IMG/VR virus record: IMGVR_UViG_3300000271_000002
Coordinates: 1 to 42,983 of that record
Direction: 5' to 3' (one strand)
Length of the DNA: 42,983 bases
Source: a virus
In this document: piece after piece, positions 33,049-39,962 of the stretch
How positions within the stretch are numbered: position 1 is the first letter of the stretch
How the letters are laid out: each line of letters starts with the position of its first letter
The notes under the pieces: generated by a model
The model's database searches: none
What the model saw: the letters and a program-made list of their open reading frames with translations, nothing else
What the model was told of the DNA's origin: nothing
Made by a program: the position numbers and the translations under genes

Positions 33049-33900
33049 ATGGGAAACACAGCCCCCGATCTGCTGGCCGGTATAGGCCACAACCAACCGC
33101 CCACGGATGCCGAAGTCCTGAAGCTGAAACTGCTCGAAGAAAACGCCACCGCCTTCACCTATGCTGAAAAGCTGGTCGCGGCGGCGGCACGCATCCCCAA
33201 GATGCCGCAGGACGAGGAAGAAGCGGCGAAGATCACCGACTATGTGGACATCATCGACAAGCAGTTGAAGGCCATCGAATCCAAACGTGTCGGCGTGAAG
33301 GAACCGTATCTTGCCGCGTCGCGTGTGGTTGATTCGGTGTTCGGCGATGTGAAGGTCAACCTGACCAGGGCGAAGTCCACCGCCAACGCATCGCAGACCG
33401 CGTGGCTTCAGGAACAACGCCGTTTGAAAAAAGTGCGCGAGGAAGCGGCGGCAAAACTGGAACGGGATAACGCCGCCGCCAAAGCCGCCGAAGCCCTGAA
33501 GTTGACCGAAGATGCGGAAAAGTTGCGCAAGGCCAACGAAGTCGCGGCTGTTCCATCAGCCCAGGTCGAGCGTGCCGCCAACATCCTGACCAAGCAGGCC
33601 GACCAAACCATGGCTGTTGCCGCCGCCAGCGAGAACCAGGCGGTCAAACACGAAAAGGCGGCAGATGGTAAGGCCGCGCACATGGCCGTCAGCAAGGGCG
33701 TGACTTCGGGTGCCAAGCACAGCCTGCGTTCCGAATGGAAGGGCGTGCTGGTTGACCGTGCCTTGCTCGATCTGAACGCCCTGCGCCAGCACCTGCCTGA
33801 AGACGCACTGCAAAAGGCGATCAGTTCCTTCGTTCGTGCCGGTGGCCGTGAATTGCCTGGTGCGCGTATCTGGGAAGATGAACAGGCGGTGAAGCGATGA
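33049..33900 (+). CDS. Hypothetical protein (283 aa) with an Ala/Lys-rich helical centre
   Basis: It has the N-terminal GHNQPP motif common in alphaproteobacterial prophage proteins, and a conserved-looking C-terminus (SEWKGVLVD...LRQHLPEDALQKAISSFVRAGGRELPG). Confidence 0.7.
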   Translation: MGNTAPDLLAGIGHNQPPTDAEVLKLKLLEENATAFTYAEKLVAAAARIPKMPQDEEEAAKITDYVDIIDKQLKAIESKRVGVKEPYLAASRVVDSVFGDVKVNLTRAKSTANASQTAWLQEQRRLKKVREEAAAKLERDNAAAKAAEALKLTEDAEKLRKANEVAAVPSAQVERAANILTKQADQTMAVAAASENQAVKHEKAADGKAAHMAVSKGVTSGAKHSLRSEWKGVLVDRALLDLNALRQHLPEDALQKAISSFVRAGGRELPGARIWEDEQAVKR

Positions 33901-34082
33901 AAAAGTTTTTTGAACGCTGGAAAAACCGCAGACGCGCACGCTTCCTGAACAGCCCAAGCCTGGTGATGACCGGTTACCGTGACAAAATAATCATCGCCGA
34001 CAACGTGATGCGCGAAATCTGGGAAGGTTGGCACGATGACGCGACCGACCAGTGGCAATGGCGCAAAATAGGGTGGTTTTAA
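33897..34082 (+). CDS. Hypothetical protein (61 aa)
   Basis: ATGA coupling with the upstream stop. Trp-rich. Confidence 0.5.
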   Translation: MKKFFERWKNRRRARFLNSPSLVMTGYRDKIIIADNVMREIWEGWHDDATDQWQWRKIGWF

Positions 34083-34327
34083 TGGGTGAAATCGCAGACA
34101 TGATGCTGGACGGAACCATGTGCCAATGTTGTGGCGAATGGCTTCACGACGGCGAAGATGGCCCAGGCTTCCCAGGATATTGTTCATCCTGCCAGCCCAC
34201 CCGAACGCCGAAGAAAAAACCGACGAGCGATGAATACCATCGCCTGAAGAAGGCCCGCAAAAAGGCCAGAAACCGCGCCAACCGCAAGAAAAGGAAAGAG
34301 GCTGAGCAATGCAACCCGAAGACCTGA
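34082..34327 (+). CDS. Zinc-ribbon protein with a highly basic tail (81 aa)
   Basis: TAATG coupling. CQCC...CSSC is followed by KKARKKARNRANRKKRKE. The track ORF begins at 34052 in the same frame. Confidence 0.55.
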   Translation: MGEIADMMLDGTMCQCCGEWLHDGEDGPGFPGYCSSCQPTRTPKKKPTSDEYHRLKKARKKARNRANRKKRKEAEQCNPKT

Positions 34328-34542
34328 AGATCGTCAACCACCGCCTGCTGAACACGCGGGACATGAAGTGCATCGCCGTGTTGCCCGACGCGACCAAGCC
34401 ATGGGAATTTGCCGTGTTCGGGGATATGATTATTGCCGCGAACCCAGAACACCCTGTCCTGGTCTTCGACAAAGACGGCAACCAGTTCAAAAGGCTCGAA
34501 CCCGATGCGAATAAAACCAATTTTCGAAAAAGTAATCGTTGA
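34309..34542 (+). CDS. Hypothetical protein (77 aa)
   Basis: GAGG RBS. It overlaps the upstream gene by 19 nt. Confidence 0.55.
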   Translation: MQPEDLKIVNHRLLNTRDMKCIAVLPDATKPWEFAVFGDMIIAANPEHPVLVFDKDGNQFKRLEPDANKTNFRKSNR

Positions 34543-34598
34543 AACGCCGAACGGTCGCCGCGTTGTTGCGGCGGTCGAACTTAAAAAGGATCATCAAA

Positions 34599-35051
34599 AT
34601 GTCAATCGTAGGCTGGTACTATCTGCATGAAAACAAAGAGTTGATTTATAAACCGGAAACCGACGGTTCCACGGCGGCGGACATCCGTGAAAGCGACCTG
34701 TGCCTGTCGATGTGGCCGCTTGATCCCAACAACCGCGAACACGCCTGGAACATTTTGGTTGAAGCGCAAAGCCTCGGCGCGAACCCCGCCCGCATCAAAG
34801 AACTCGCGGAAAAATGGGGGTGCGGCGATAGGGATGCGCAAGTTTATGCCGACAACCTCGGCATCACGCTTCAGGCGGACGGCAACCAGATGTGTGCGAT
34901 GCCGCCCTGGTTCGTCAATCTGCATGAAAGCGAAGCAGGTTTTGGCGATACATACCTGGATGCCATGGCCGACCTCTGCCAAAAACTCGGCTATGTCGGC
35001 GGCAAAACTTGGGTGGCGACGTTTAAAAACCTTCTGGGAAGAATCGCATGA
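34599..35051 (+). CDS. Hypothetical protein (150 aa)
   Basis: AAGGA lies upstream of the ATG at 34599. The product starts MSIVGWYYLHENKELIYK. The track ORF starts at 34539 in the same frame. Confidence 0.65.
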   Translation: MSIVGWYYLHENKELIYKPETDGSTAADIRESDLCLSMWPLDPNNREHAWNILVEAQSLGANPARIKELAEKWGCGDRDAQVYADNLGITLQADGNQMCAMPPWFVNLHESEAGFGDTYLDAMADLCQKLGYVGGKTWVATFKNLLGRIA

Positions 35052-35344
35052 TCGACGCGATCCCAGAAAAGCAGGAAAACTGCCCCGACTGCAACAAGGC
35101 CTTGGGCCAGGCGGAATACGATGGCCAGTTCTGCGAAACCTGCGGCACGCAACCGTTCGGTTTTTTCAAGATCGGCGTTGATCTTGCCGCGCCAGGCACA
35201 GACAAAACCCGCCGCTTCATGCCCGACCCAGGCACCTGCCAGCACGAATATGGGGAGCGCGGCAAAACCGAGTTCAAAGGCGAATACTTTGAAACCTGCA
35301 AAAAATGCGGGCATGTCCACTACTTCGAGAAGGATTATTCATGA
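35048..35344 (+). CDS. Double zinc-ribbon protein (98 aa)
   Basis: ATGA coupling. It has CPDC...CETC and C.H...CKKC pairs. Confidence 0.6.
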   Translation: MIDAIPEKQENCPDCNKALGQAEYDGQFCETCGTQPFGFFKIGVDLAAPGTDKTRRFMPDPGTCQHEYGERGKTEFKGEYFETCKKCGHVHYFEKDYS

Positions 35345-35607
35345 GCCTCGACACCATCACCCTGGACGGTATCAGCATCCGTGACGCGGGCGGCGGCGAA
35401 CTGCGCATAGCCATCGGCACCTACACCAAGCACCTGCCCTACGACTATGCCAGGGAACTCGCGCACCACATGCTGGCCCTGTGCGACACCGGCAGGCTCG
35501 ATCCGCGCTACCTGGCGGGCAAGTTGGCATCACCCAAGGTGCCGGACGACCCCGCTTTAACCAACGGCACGCTGAAAGCGTTGCCTATTATCGACATAGA
35601 GGGCTGA
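35341..35607 (+). CDS. Hypothetical protein (88 aa)
   Basis: ATGA coupling at 35341-35344, in frame with track ORF 35305-35607. Confidence 0.6.
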   Translation: MSLDTITLDGISIRDAGGGELRIAIGTYTKHLPYDYARELAHHMLALCDTGRLDPRYLAGKLASPKVPDDPALTNGTLKALPIIDIEG

Positions 35608-35611
35608 AAAC

Positions 35612-35701
35612 ATGAAGAAAATCAAGGACTTCTTCAAAAGATTATTCAGTAATATCGATTATAACGATGACAGCACCCCGCCGGAGGACAGAGCATGGTG
35701 A
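35612..35701 (+). CDS. Possible 29-aa micro-ORF
   Basis: ATG 35612 gives MKKIKDFFKRLFSNIDYNDDSTPPEDRAW. The stop overlaps the next ATG (ATGGTGA). Confidence 0.25.
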   Translation: MKKIKDFFKRLFSNIDYNDDSTPPEDRAW

Positions 35702-35811
35702 CCATCTGGCGTGGTTCGTATTTTGGGTGGCAGATCGACCTGTTCCGCAGGCCGTGGCTGGTCATCGCGCCGTTTCACCGGCTGACCATTTACCGTGTGG
35801 GGGTTCTATGA
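35695..35811 (+). CDS. Possible 38-aa hydrophobic/aromatic micro-ORF
   Basis: GGAGGA lies 7 nt upstream of the ATG at 35695. The product is MVTIWRGSYFGWQIDLFRRPWLVIAPFHRLTIYRVGVL. It is ATGA-coupled to the next gene. Confidence 0.35.
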   Translation: MVTIWRGSYFGWQIDLFRRPWLVIAPFHRLTIYRVGVL

Positions 35812-36065
35812 CCAGGAAGAAACAGATGCGCCTTTGCCCTGCAAACGGGTGCACAGAGCATATTCAGCGTCATCAGGCATATTGCCGCACCCATTGGTTC
35901 TGGCTTCCCAAGCCCCTGCGCGAGGCCATCAACGACACATGGCGCAAAGGCCGTTCCAAGGCGTGGTTGGAGAACGTCACCGAATCCCGCAGGATCATCA
36001 ACGAACGTGTTTCACGGGAAACAGCCGCTAAAGCATTACCTGAACGGAAAGACCTAAATGACTAA
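35808..36065 (+). CDS. Small Cys/His zinc-binding protein (85 aa)
   Basis: The product starts MTRKKQMRLCPANGCTEHIQRHQAYCRTHWFWLPKPLREAI. It is in frame with track ORF 35667-36065. Confidence 0.6.
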   Translation: MTRKKQMRLCPANGCTEHIQRHQAYCRTHWFWLPKPLREAINDTWRKGRSKAWLENVTESRRIINERVSRETAAKALPERKDLND

Positions 36066-36324
36066 GGATGAAGAAGAACGCGCCGCACGCATCACGAACG
36101 CCGCCGCAAACATGGCTGATGCGATGCAACGGCAAGGCCTGAAGGGTGGGGAAGTCGCCCTGGCCGCGCTGACCGCCGCCTGTGTTGTGTGCGCCGTCAC
36201 CGGCATGAAGCAAGAAAACGTCCTGGCCACCGCCGATGCCCTGATGCGCGAGAACTGGGAACGCTGGAAAACCATCTATAACTACATGGAAAACCCCGAC
36301 AAAGTGGAAGGAACGAAGCAATGA
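36058..36324 (+). CDS. Hypothetical protein (88 aa)
   Basis: It overlaps the upstream stop and has a hydrophobic central helix. Confidence 0.55.
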   Translation: MTKDEEERAARITNAAANMADAMQRQGLKGGEVALAALTAACVVCAVTGMKQENVLATADALMRENWERWKTIYNYMENPDKVEGTKQ

Positions 36325-36518
36325 GCATGGCAGTCACCCGCAAGAACCCGTTGCCGCCGGTCGCTAAGAAACCAGACGACGGCATCCCCAGGAAGAAGGG
36401 ATGGGCCACGCCTTACGGCTTTGCCGACTTCCGCGATCCTGTCACCTACGAGGAAGCCTGCGCCGAAATGAAGCCATTTTGGGATCGTTTTCAACAACAG
36501 ATAGGGAAAAAGCCATGA
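36321..36518 (+). CDS. Hypothetical protein (65 aa)
   Basis: ATGA coupling on both sides. Confidence 0.5.
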   Translation: MSMAVTRKNPLPPVAKKPDDGIPRKKGWATPYGFADFRDPVTYEEACAEMKPFWDRFQQQIGKKP

Positions 36519-37105
36519 AGCCCACCGCACCGTATGCACCAGGAAACGAGGCCAGCCGCGAAGCCGCCCATGCCATCGAACGAAAGCTGACCGGCACCCG
36601 AAACAGGGTTTTAACCTTTATCGCCGGAAGGGGCGACCACGGCGCGACCGGAACCGAGATAGCCACCGCGCTCGACATATTGCCCTATACGGCGAAGCCC
36701 AGGTGCACAGAGTTGAAGCAGGCAGGCTACATCATCGATAGCGGCAGGATGCGGGACAACACCACAGGGTCTGGTGAAACAGTCTGGTGCGTTGCTCCCC
36801 CAGGGGAGCGCAGGCCCATCAAGCCCGCAAAGAAGGCTGAACACGGCCCTGCTGATATAGTCATAAAGATAACGCCTGACCTGCCTTTGGAGATAAGGCC
36901 ATCCACAACAATGCACAACCCCGACATCCAGCCCCTCGCGTGTGCGCGTGTCAGCGACCAGCAGATCATGGTGGTGCGCCGGTGGTTGTTCGAAGCCAAG
37001 GACAGCCTGGACATGAACACAGCCCGCGATCCGTGGAAGTTGCGCGAGGACTATGACGCGATCAAAGCCGTGTTCGACTTTCACCAAAAGATTAACAAAG
37101 TGTAA
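36515..37105 (+). CDS. Winged-helix (MarR-like) DNA-binding protein (196 aa)
   Basis: ATGA-coupled ATG at 36515. The N-terminal domain (RNRVLTFIAGRGDHGATGTEIATALDILPYTAKPRCTELKQAGYIIDSG) reads as a wHTH. It is the last sizeable early protein before the late boundary. Confidence 0.65.
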   Translation: MKPTAPYAPGNEASREAAHAIERKLTGTRNRVLTFIAGRGDHGATGTEIATALDILPYTAKPRCTELKQAGYIIDSGRMRDNTTGSGETVWCVAPPGERRPIKPAKKAEHGPADIVIKITPDLPLEIRPSTTMHNPDIQPLACARVSDQQIMVVRRWLFEAKDSLDMNTARDPWKLREDYDAIKAVFDFHQKINKV

Positions 37106-37158
37106 TTGCATACGCCGACACCATCCGTTCAACCCGCAGAAAACAAGGAAATCCGACC

Positions 37159-37392
37159 ATGGCAAAAAAACCAATTCCAGTTGAAGGCAAGCTGGTTCTG
37201 ACCTATCCATCAGGCCGCATCGAAGAATTTGCCTGCAAGCAGTTCGACAAGAAATACCAGGAACGGCACGCCAAGGCGCAGGTTCTCATTGAAGGCGGCT
37301 CTTTGACATCGTGCAAGTTCGAGCGCACGCCGTCCCATGAACTGGGCGCGGCCAAGCACATGACCACAGCAAAACCAGGGGATGACCGATGA
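37159..37392 (+). CDS. Hypothetical protein (77 aa)
   Basis: AAGGAA RBS. ATGA-coupled to the next gene. Confidence 0.55.
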   Translation: MAKKPIPVEGKLVLTYPSGRIEEFACKQFDKKYQERHAKAQVLIEGGSLTSCKFERTPSHELGAAKHMTTAKPGDDR

Positions 37393-37676
37393 AGACAGAA
37401 CATGAATTGAAATGCAGGCCGGAATACTTCGCCCGCATCGAAACCGGCCAGAAGACGTTCGAGATACGGAAAAACGACCGCGACTTTCAGGTGGGCGACA
37501 TCTTGATCCTGAAAGAGTTCGACCCCGCAGTCGGCTGGCCTGACCACGGTGCCTATGAAAGCATCCGCGCCGAAGTCGTTTACATGACGGCCTTTGCACA
37601 GCAGGACGGCTATGTGGTGCTAGGCATCAAGGTTATCCCCACCGTAGAAGAACACGAAGACGAAATCCCGTTTTAG
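37389..37676 (+). CDS. DUF3850 / ASCH-like (PUA-fold) protein
   Basis: 95 aa. HELKCRPEYFARIETGQKTFEIRKNDRDFQVGDILILKEF is the characteristic DUF3850 signature. Confidence 0.8.
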   Translation: MKTEHELKCRPEYFARIETGQKTFEIRKNDRDFQVGDILILKEFDPAVGWPDHGAYESIRAEVVYMTAFAQQDGYVVLGIKVIPTVEEHEDEIPF

Positions 37677-37679
37677 GCG

Positions 37680-37709
37680 TTGACACCTGCCGCCGTAATT
37701 TCATACGCT
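37680..37709 (+). promoter_or_regulatory. Promoter P3 (sigma70-like), a paralogue of P1
   Basis: TTGACA (37680-37685), an 18-nt spacer, and TACGCT (37704-37709). The flanks match P1: GCGTTGACACCTGCCGCCGTAATTTCATACGCT versus GCGTTGACACTACCGCCGTTTTAAAATACGGT. Confidence 0.6.
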
Positions 37710-37737
37710 GTTCATCCTTACTTCTCTGAAACCGTTG

Positions 37738-37767
37738 GCCCAGGCGATATTCCCCCGCCTGGGCTTT
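37738..37767 (+). terminator. Promoter-proximal (leader) terminator hairpin
   Basis: GCCCAGGCG (37738-37746) pairs with CGCCTGGGC (37756-37764). It is followed by TTTC and lies about 25 nt downstream of the predicted P3 start site. Confidence 0.55.
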
Positions 37768-37789
37768 CAACCAACAAAAGGAAAATCCC

Positions 37790-37975
37790 ATGGGTAAAAC
37801 ATTTGAAGATGCTTTGCGCGACCTCGTGAACGAACACATCAATGCCGGTGTCACGCCGACCAAGCAAATCACAGCCGACATCGAGAAGGTCGTGCGCGAA
37901 CTGCTCGTCCCCACACAATCCGCGCCAGCAGACAGCAATGTCGGCGAGGCGGAGTCCGACAAAAAGGCGGAATGA
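37790..37975 (+). CDS. Hypothetical protein (61 aa)
   Basis: AAGGAAA RBS. It is the only ORF in the 37677-38136 regulatory region. Confidence 0.5.
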   Translation: MGKTFEDALRDLVNEHINAGVTPTKQITADIEKVVRELLVPTQSAPADSNVGEAESDKKAE

Positions 37976-37992
37976 TCCCTGCCGGTTTGTCA

Positions 37993-38029
37993 GGTGCGTT
38001 GTGGATACCCCATAGGGGCGCGACGCACC
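37993..38029 (+). other. Compound hairpin just upstream of the tRNA-like gene
   Basis: GGTGCGT (37993-37999) pairs with ACGCACC (38023-38029). It encloses CCCC-ATA-GGGG (38008-38018). The minus strand carries GGTATCCACAAC. Confidence 0.4.
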
Positions 38030-38033
38030 GAAT

Positions 38034-38110
38034 GAACCAGCGACTGGATGGTGATGGTGCCAGGCCTTAGACATACCTGGAAAATGCGGGTTCGATGCCC
38101 GCCTGGTTCA
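38034..38110 (+). tRNA. tRNA-like gene with a canonical cloverleaf but an 11-nt anticodon loop (identity unassigned)
   Basis: Acceptor stem GAACCAG/CTGGTTC (38034-40/38103-09). D-arm ACTG/TGGT with loop GATGGTGA. Anticodon stem CCAGG/CCTGG (38060-64/38076-80) with loop CCTTAGACATA. Variable loop AAAAT. T-arm GCGGG-TTCGATG-CCCGC (38086-38102). Discriminator A. No encoded CCA. Confidence 0.6.
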
Positions 38111-38136
38111 CTAACCGATCATGAAAGGATCATACG

Positions 38137-38499
38137 ATGAACGAAGCAAGCCCTACACAACCACAGACAACCCGCCAGCCCTACCACATGAACGATGTCG
38201 GCCCACGCGCCGGTGTCCCATCCGGTTTGCGCGACGTACCCAAATCAGTCGAACCTGGCATCCTCGATTTTGTTGCGACCGGTGTGCAAAGACAACACGA
38301 CTGTGCCGGTGACATATTCATCGCGCTCGACCAACTGCACGCCAGAATAATCGGCGCGGGCGAACAAGCCGCCAGCAATGACAGACCTGCATCCTATGTT
38401 GGGCCTTACATCAACAGCATCCAGGCTGGCATCGAGGCGCAGAACGAATTGCTTGGTGCTATCCAGGCAAAAATCAAAACCATCGCAACGATCCTGTAG
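38137..38499 (+). CDS. Hypothetical protein (120 aa), first late-region gene
   Basis: AAAGGA lies 7 nt upstream of the ATG at 38137. No family was recognised. Confidence 0.65.
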   Translation: MNEASPTQPQTTRQPYHMNDVGPRAGVPSGLRDVPKSVEPGILDFVATGVQRQHDCAGDIFIALDQLHARIIGAGEQAASNDRPASYVGPYINSIQAGIEAQNELLGAIQAKIKTIATIL

Positions 38500-38506
38500 G
38501 CCCGCC

Positions 38507-38869
38507 ATGAAGATGTCACAGATGGGTTCCAGTTCCCTTTCAATGCTGGTTGGTATCATGGCCGCAGGTGCGCTTGCCTTCAAAGGCCCGCCGAAGCCTG
38601 ACCACAGCAAACCGTCTTCACGCCGTCAATCGTGGCGTGAGCGCAAGCGGCGCATCATCGCCCACAACATGCAGACCGAGCAGTTCAAGGTCATCCAGCG
38701 CATGACCAACTGGCAACGCAACCAGTGGAACCGCGCCGGTCAATCCTACCAGATGGACGACCTGCTGTACTTTGCAAACCTGCCGCACCACAAGGCGATG
38801 ACGTTTGAACAAGCCGCCGCGCACTACAATCGCATGGATGCTTCGTTCCAAGACAAGGCGGTGGCGTAA
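38507..38869 (+). CDS. Hypothetical protein (120 aa) with an N-terminal hydrophobic segment
   Basis: ATG at 38507, in frame with track ORF 38378-38869. It has the helix SLSMLVGIMAAGALAF followed by a basic, Trp/Gln-rich region. Confidence 0.6.
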   Translation: MKMSQMGSSSLSMLVGIMAAGALAFKGPPKPDHSKPSSRRQSWRERKRRIIAHNMQTEQFKVIQRMTNWQRNQWNRAGQSYQMDDLLYFANLPHHKAMTFEQAAAHYNRMDASFQDKAVA

Positions 38870-39111
38870 TGGTTTCCGCACCAAAAAAACTACACTTGCG
38901 GTTCTACTTCACGGTGGATGCCGCCAAAGACTTCGTGTGCGATGCGAAGGGCTATGACGAAGTTGGCAACACGGTGCTTTACAACGTCAAGCCTGGCATC
39001 GTCACGCCGAAGAACCCCCAAGGCCTGCCGGTTCCTGATGAACTTTACACCATCAAGAACTTTCTATATTATGAAATCCTAAAGAAGGAACAGATCGATG
39101 GCGGCAAATAA
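38869..39111 (+). CDS. Hypothetical protein (80 aa)
   Basis: TAATG coupling. Confidence 0.55.
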   Translation: MVSAPKKLHLRFYFTVDAAKDFVCDAKGYDEVGNTVLYNVKPGIVTPKNPQGLPVPDELYTIKNFLYYEILKKEQIDGGK

Positions 39112-39289
39112 GAACGTATTGCACCAAAAAATGGACGAGAACATCAGCTTGTCCATCTTCGAAGGCAGTGAACGCATAGGCGAAATCGGCATGGGTACTG
39201 ACCCCAAAGCCGCACGCAAGAACGCCGCACGGATCATCAATGCGATCAGGGGCGGCGATGGCGAAATCACTGACGAAACCGTCGGATGA
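39098..39289 (+). CDS. Hypothetical protein (63 aa)
   Basis: It overlaps the upstream gene by 14 nt and overlaps the terS start region. Confidence 0.45.
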   Translation: MAANKNVLHQKMDENISLSIFEGSERIGEIGMGTDPKAARKNAARIINAIRGGDGEITDETVG

Positions 39290-39962
39290 AAAACCCAAGC
39301 TGTTTGCGCTCGAATGGGTGTTGAACAACTTCGATGCTTCAGCCGCGTATAAAAAAGTAATATCGCCTGGGGCTAAAAACCCCAGGTCTTGTGCATCCAA
39401 ATATCTCAACCGCGTCGATGTCCAAAGACACATCAAGGAAATCCTGACCGAAAAACTGGCAGACTATGACGGCGGCATCGATGCGCTGTTGAAGGAACTG
39501 CACCACATGGCCTATTTCAAGATGGGCCGCTTTGTCACGGTGTCAGGCGTGAACCCCAACACATTGCCAGGTAAAGGCGGGCCGCTTCCTAAAGCCGCGA
39601 CGCTCGAAGAACACATCACCAACGTGCGCGACCGGCTGGCCGCTATGAAGGGCGCGAAGTTCGAACTGGATTATGAAGGCCTGCTGACCGATGAAGCCGC
39701 GCTTGCCGCGTTGGAGTTCGAGTTCGCCACAGTGTCGGACGGCGAAGGCGGAACAGTGCCTATCTTCAAGGTGAAGCAGACAAACAAGTTGGCCGCGATC
39801 AAAGCCCTGATAGAATACCATATGGCATCGAAGGGTATGCTGACACCCGACCAACAAAAAAGGCCGATCATTTTCAATGTCAACTTTGAACCACCAGGCA
39901 CCCATTGGCGGAATAAATCCCAACCGGAAGACATTACTGACGCAGACTACAGCACCGGTTGA
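39240..39962 (+). CDS. terS: Terminase small subunit (Terminase_2-like)
   Basis: The N-terminal pattern is KLFALEWVLNNFDASAAYKKVISPGAKNPRSCASKYLNRVDVQRHI and the C-terminal pattern is KQTNKLAAIKALIEYH. It lies directly upstream of terL. The start could be 39240 or the ATG at 39258. Confidence 0.75.
   Translation: MRSGAAMAKSLTKPSDEKPKLFALEWVLNNFDASAAYKKVISPGAKNPRSCASKYLNRVDVQRHIKEILTEKLADYDGGIDALLKELHHMAYFKMGRFVTVSGVNPNTLPGKGGPLPKAATLEEHITNVRDRLAAMKGAKFELDYEGLLTDEAALAALEFEFATVSDGEGGTVPIFKVKQTNKLAAIKALIEYHMASKGMLTPDQQKRPIIFNVNFEPPGTHWRNKSQPEDITDADYSTG

Noticed and set aside
38034-38110. The tRNA-like element as an attP site or fragment of a host tRNA gene.
   Set aside because: Both halves of the acceptor stem and all four arms are present, not only a 3' fragment. 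No integrase or excisionase gene is recognisable in the genome.
38121-38312. A 63-aa ORF starting at ATG 38121 that overlaps the start of 38137-38499.
   Set aside because: It is Arg/Cys/Thr-rich with no RBS. The AAAGGA at 38124-38129 is positioned for ATG 38137 instead.
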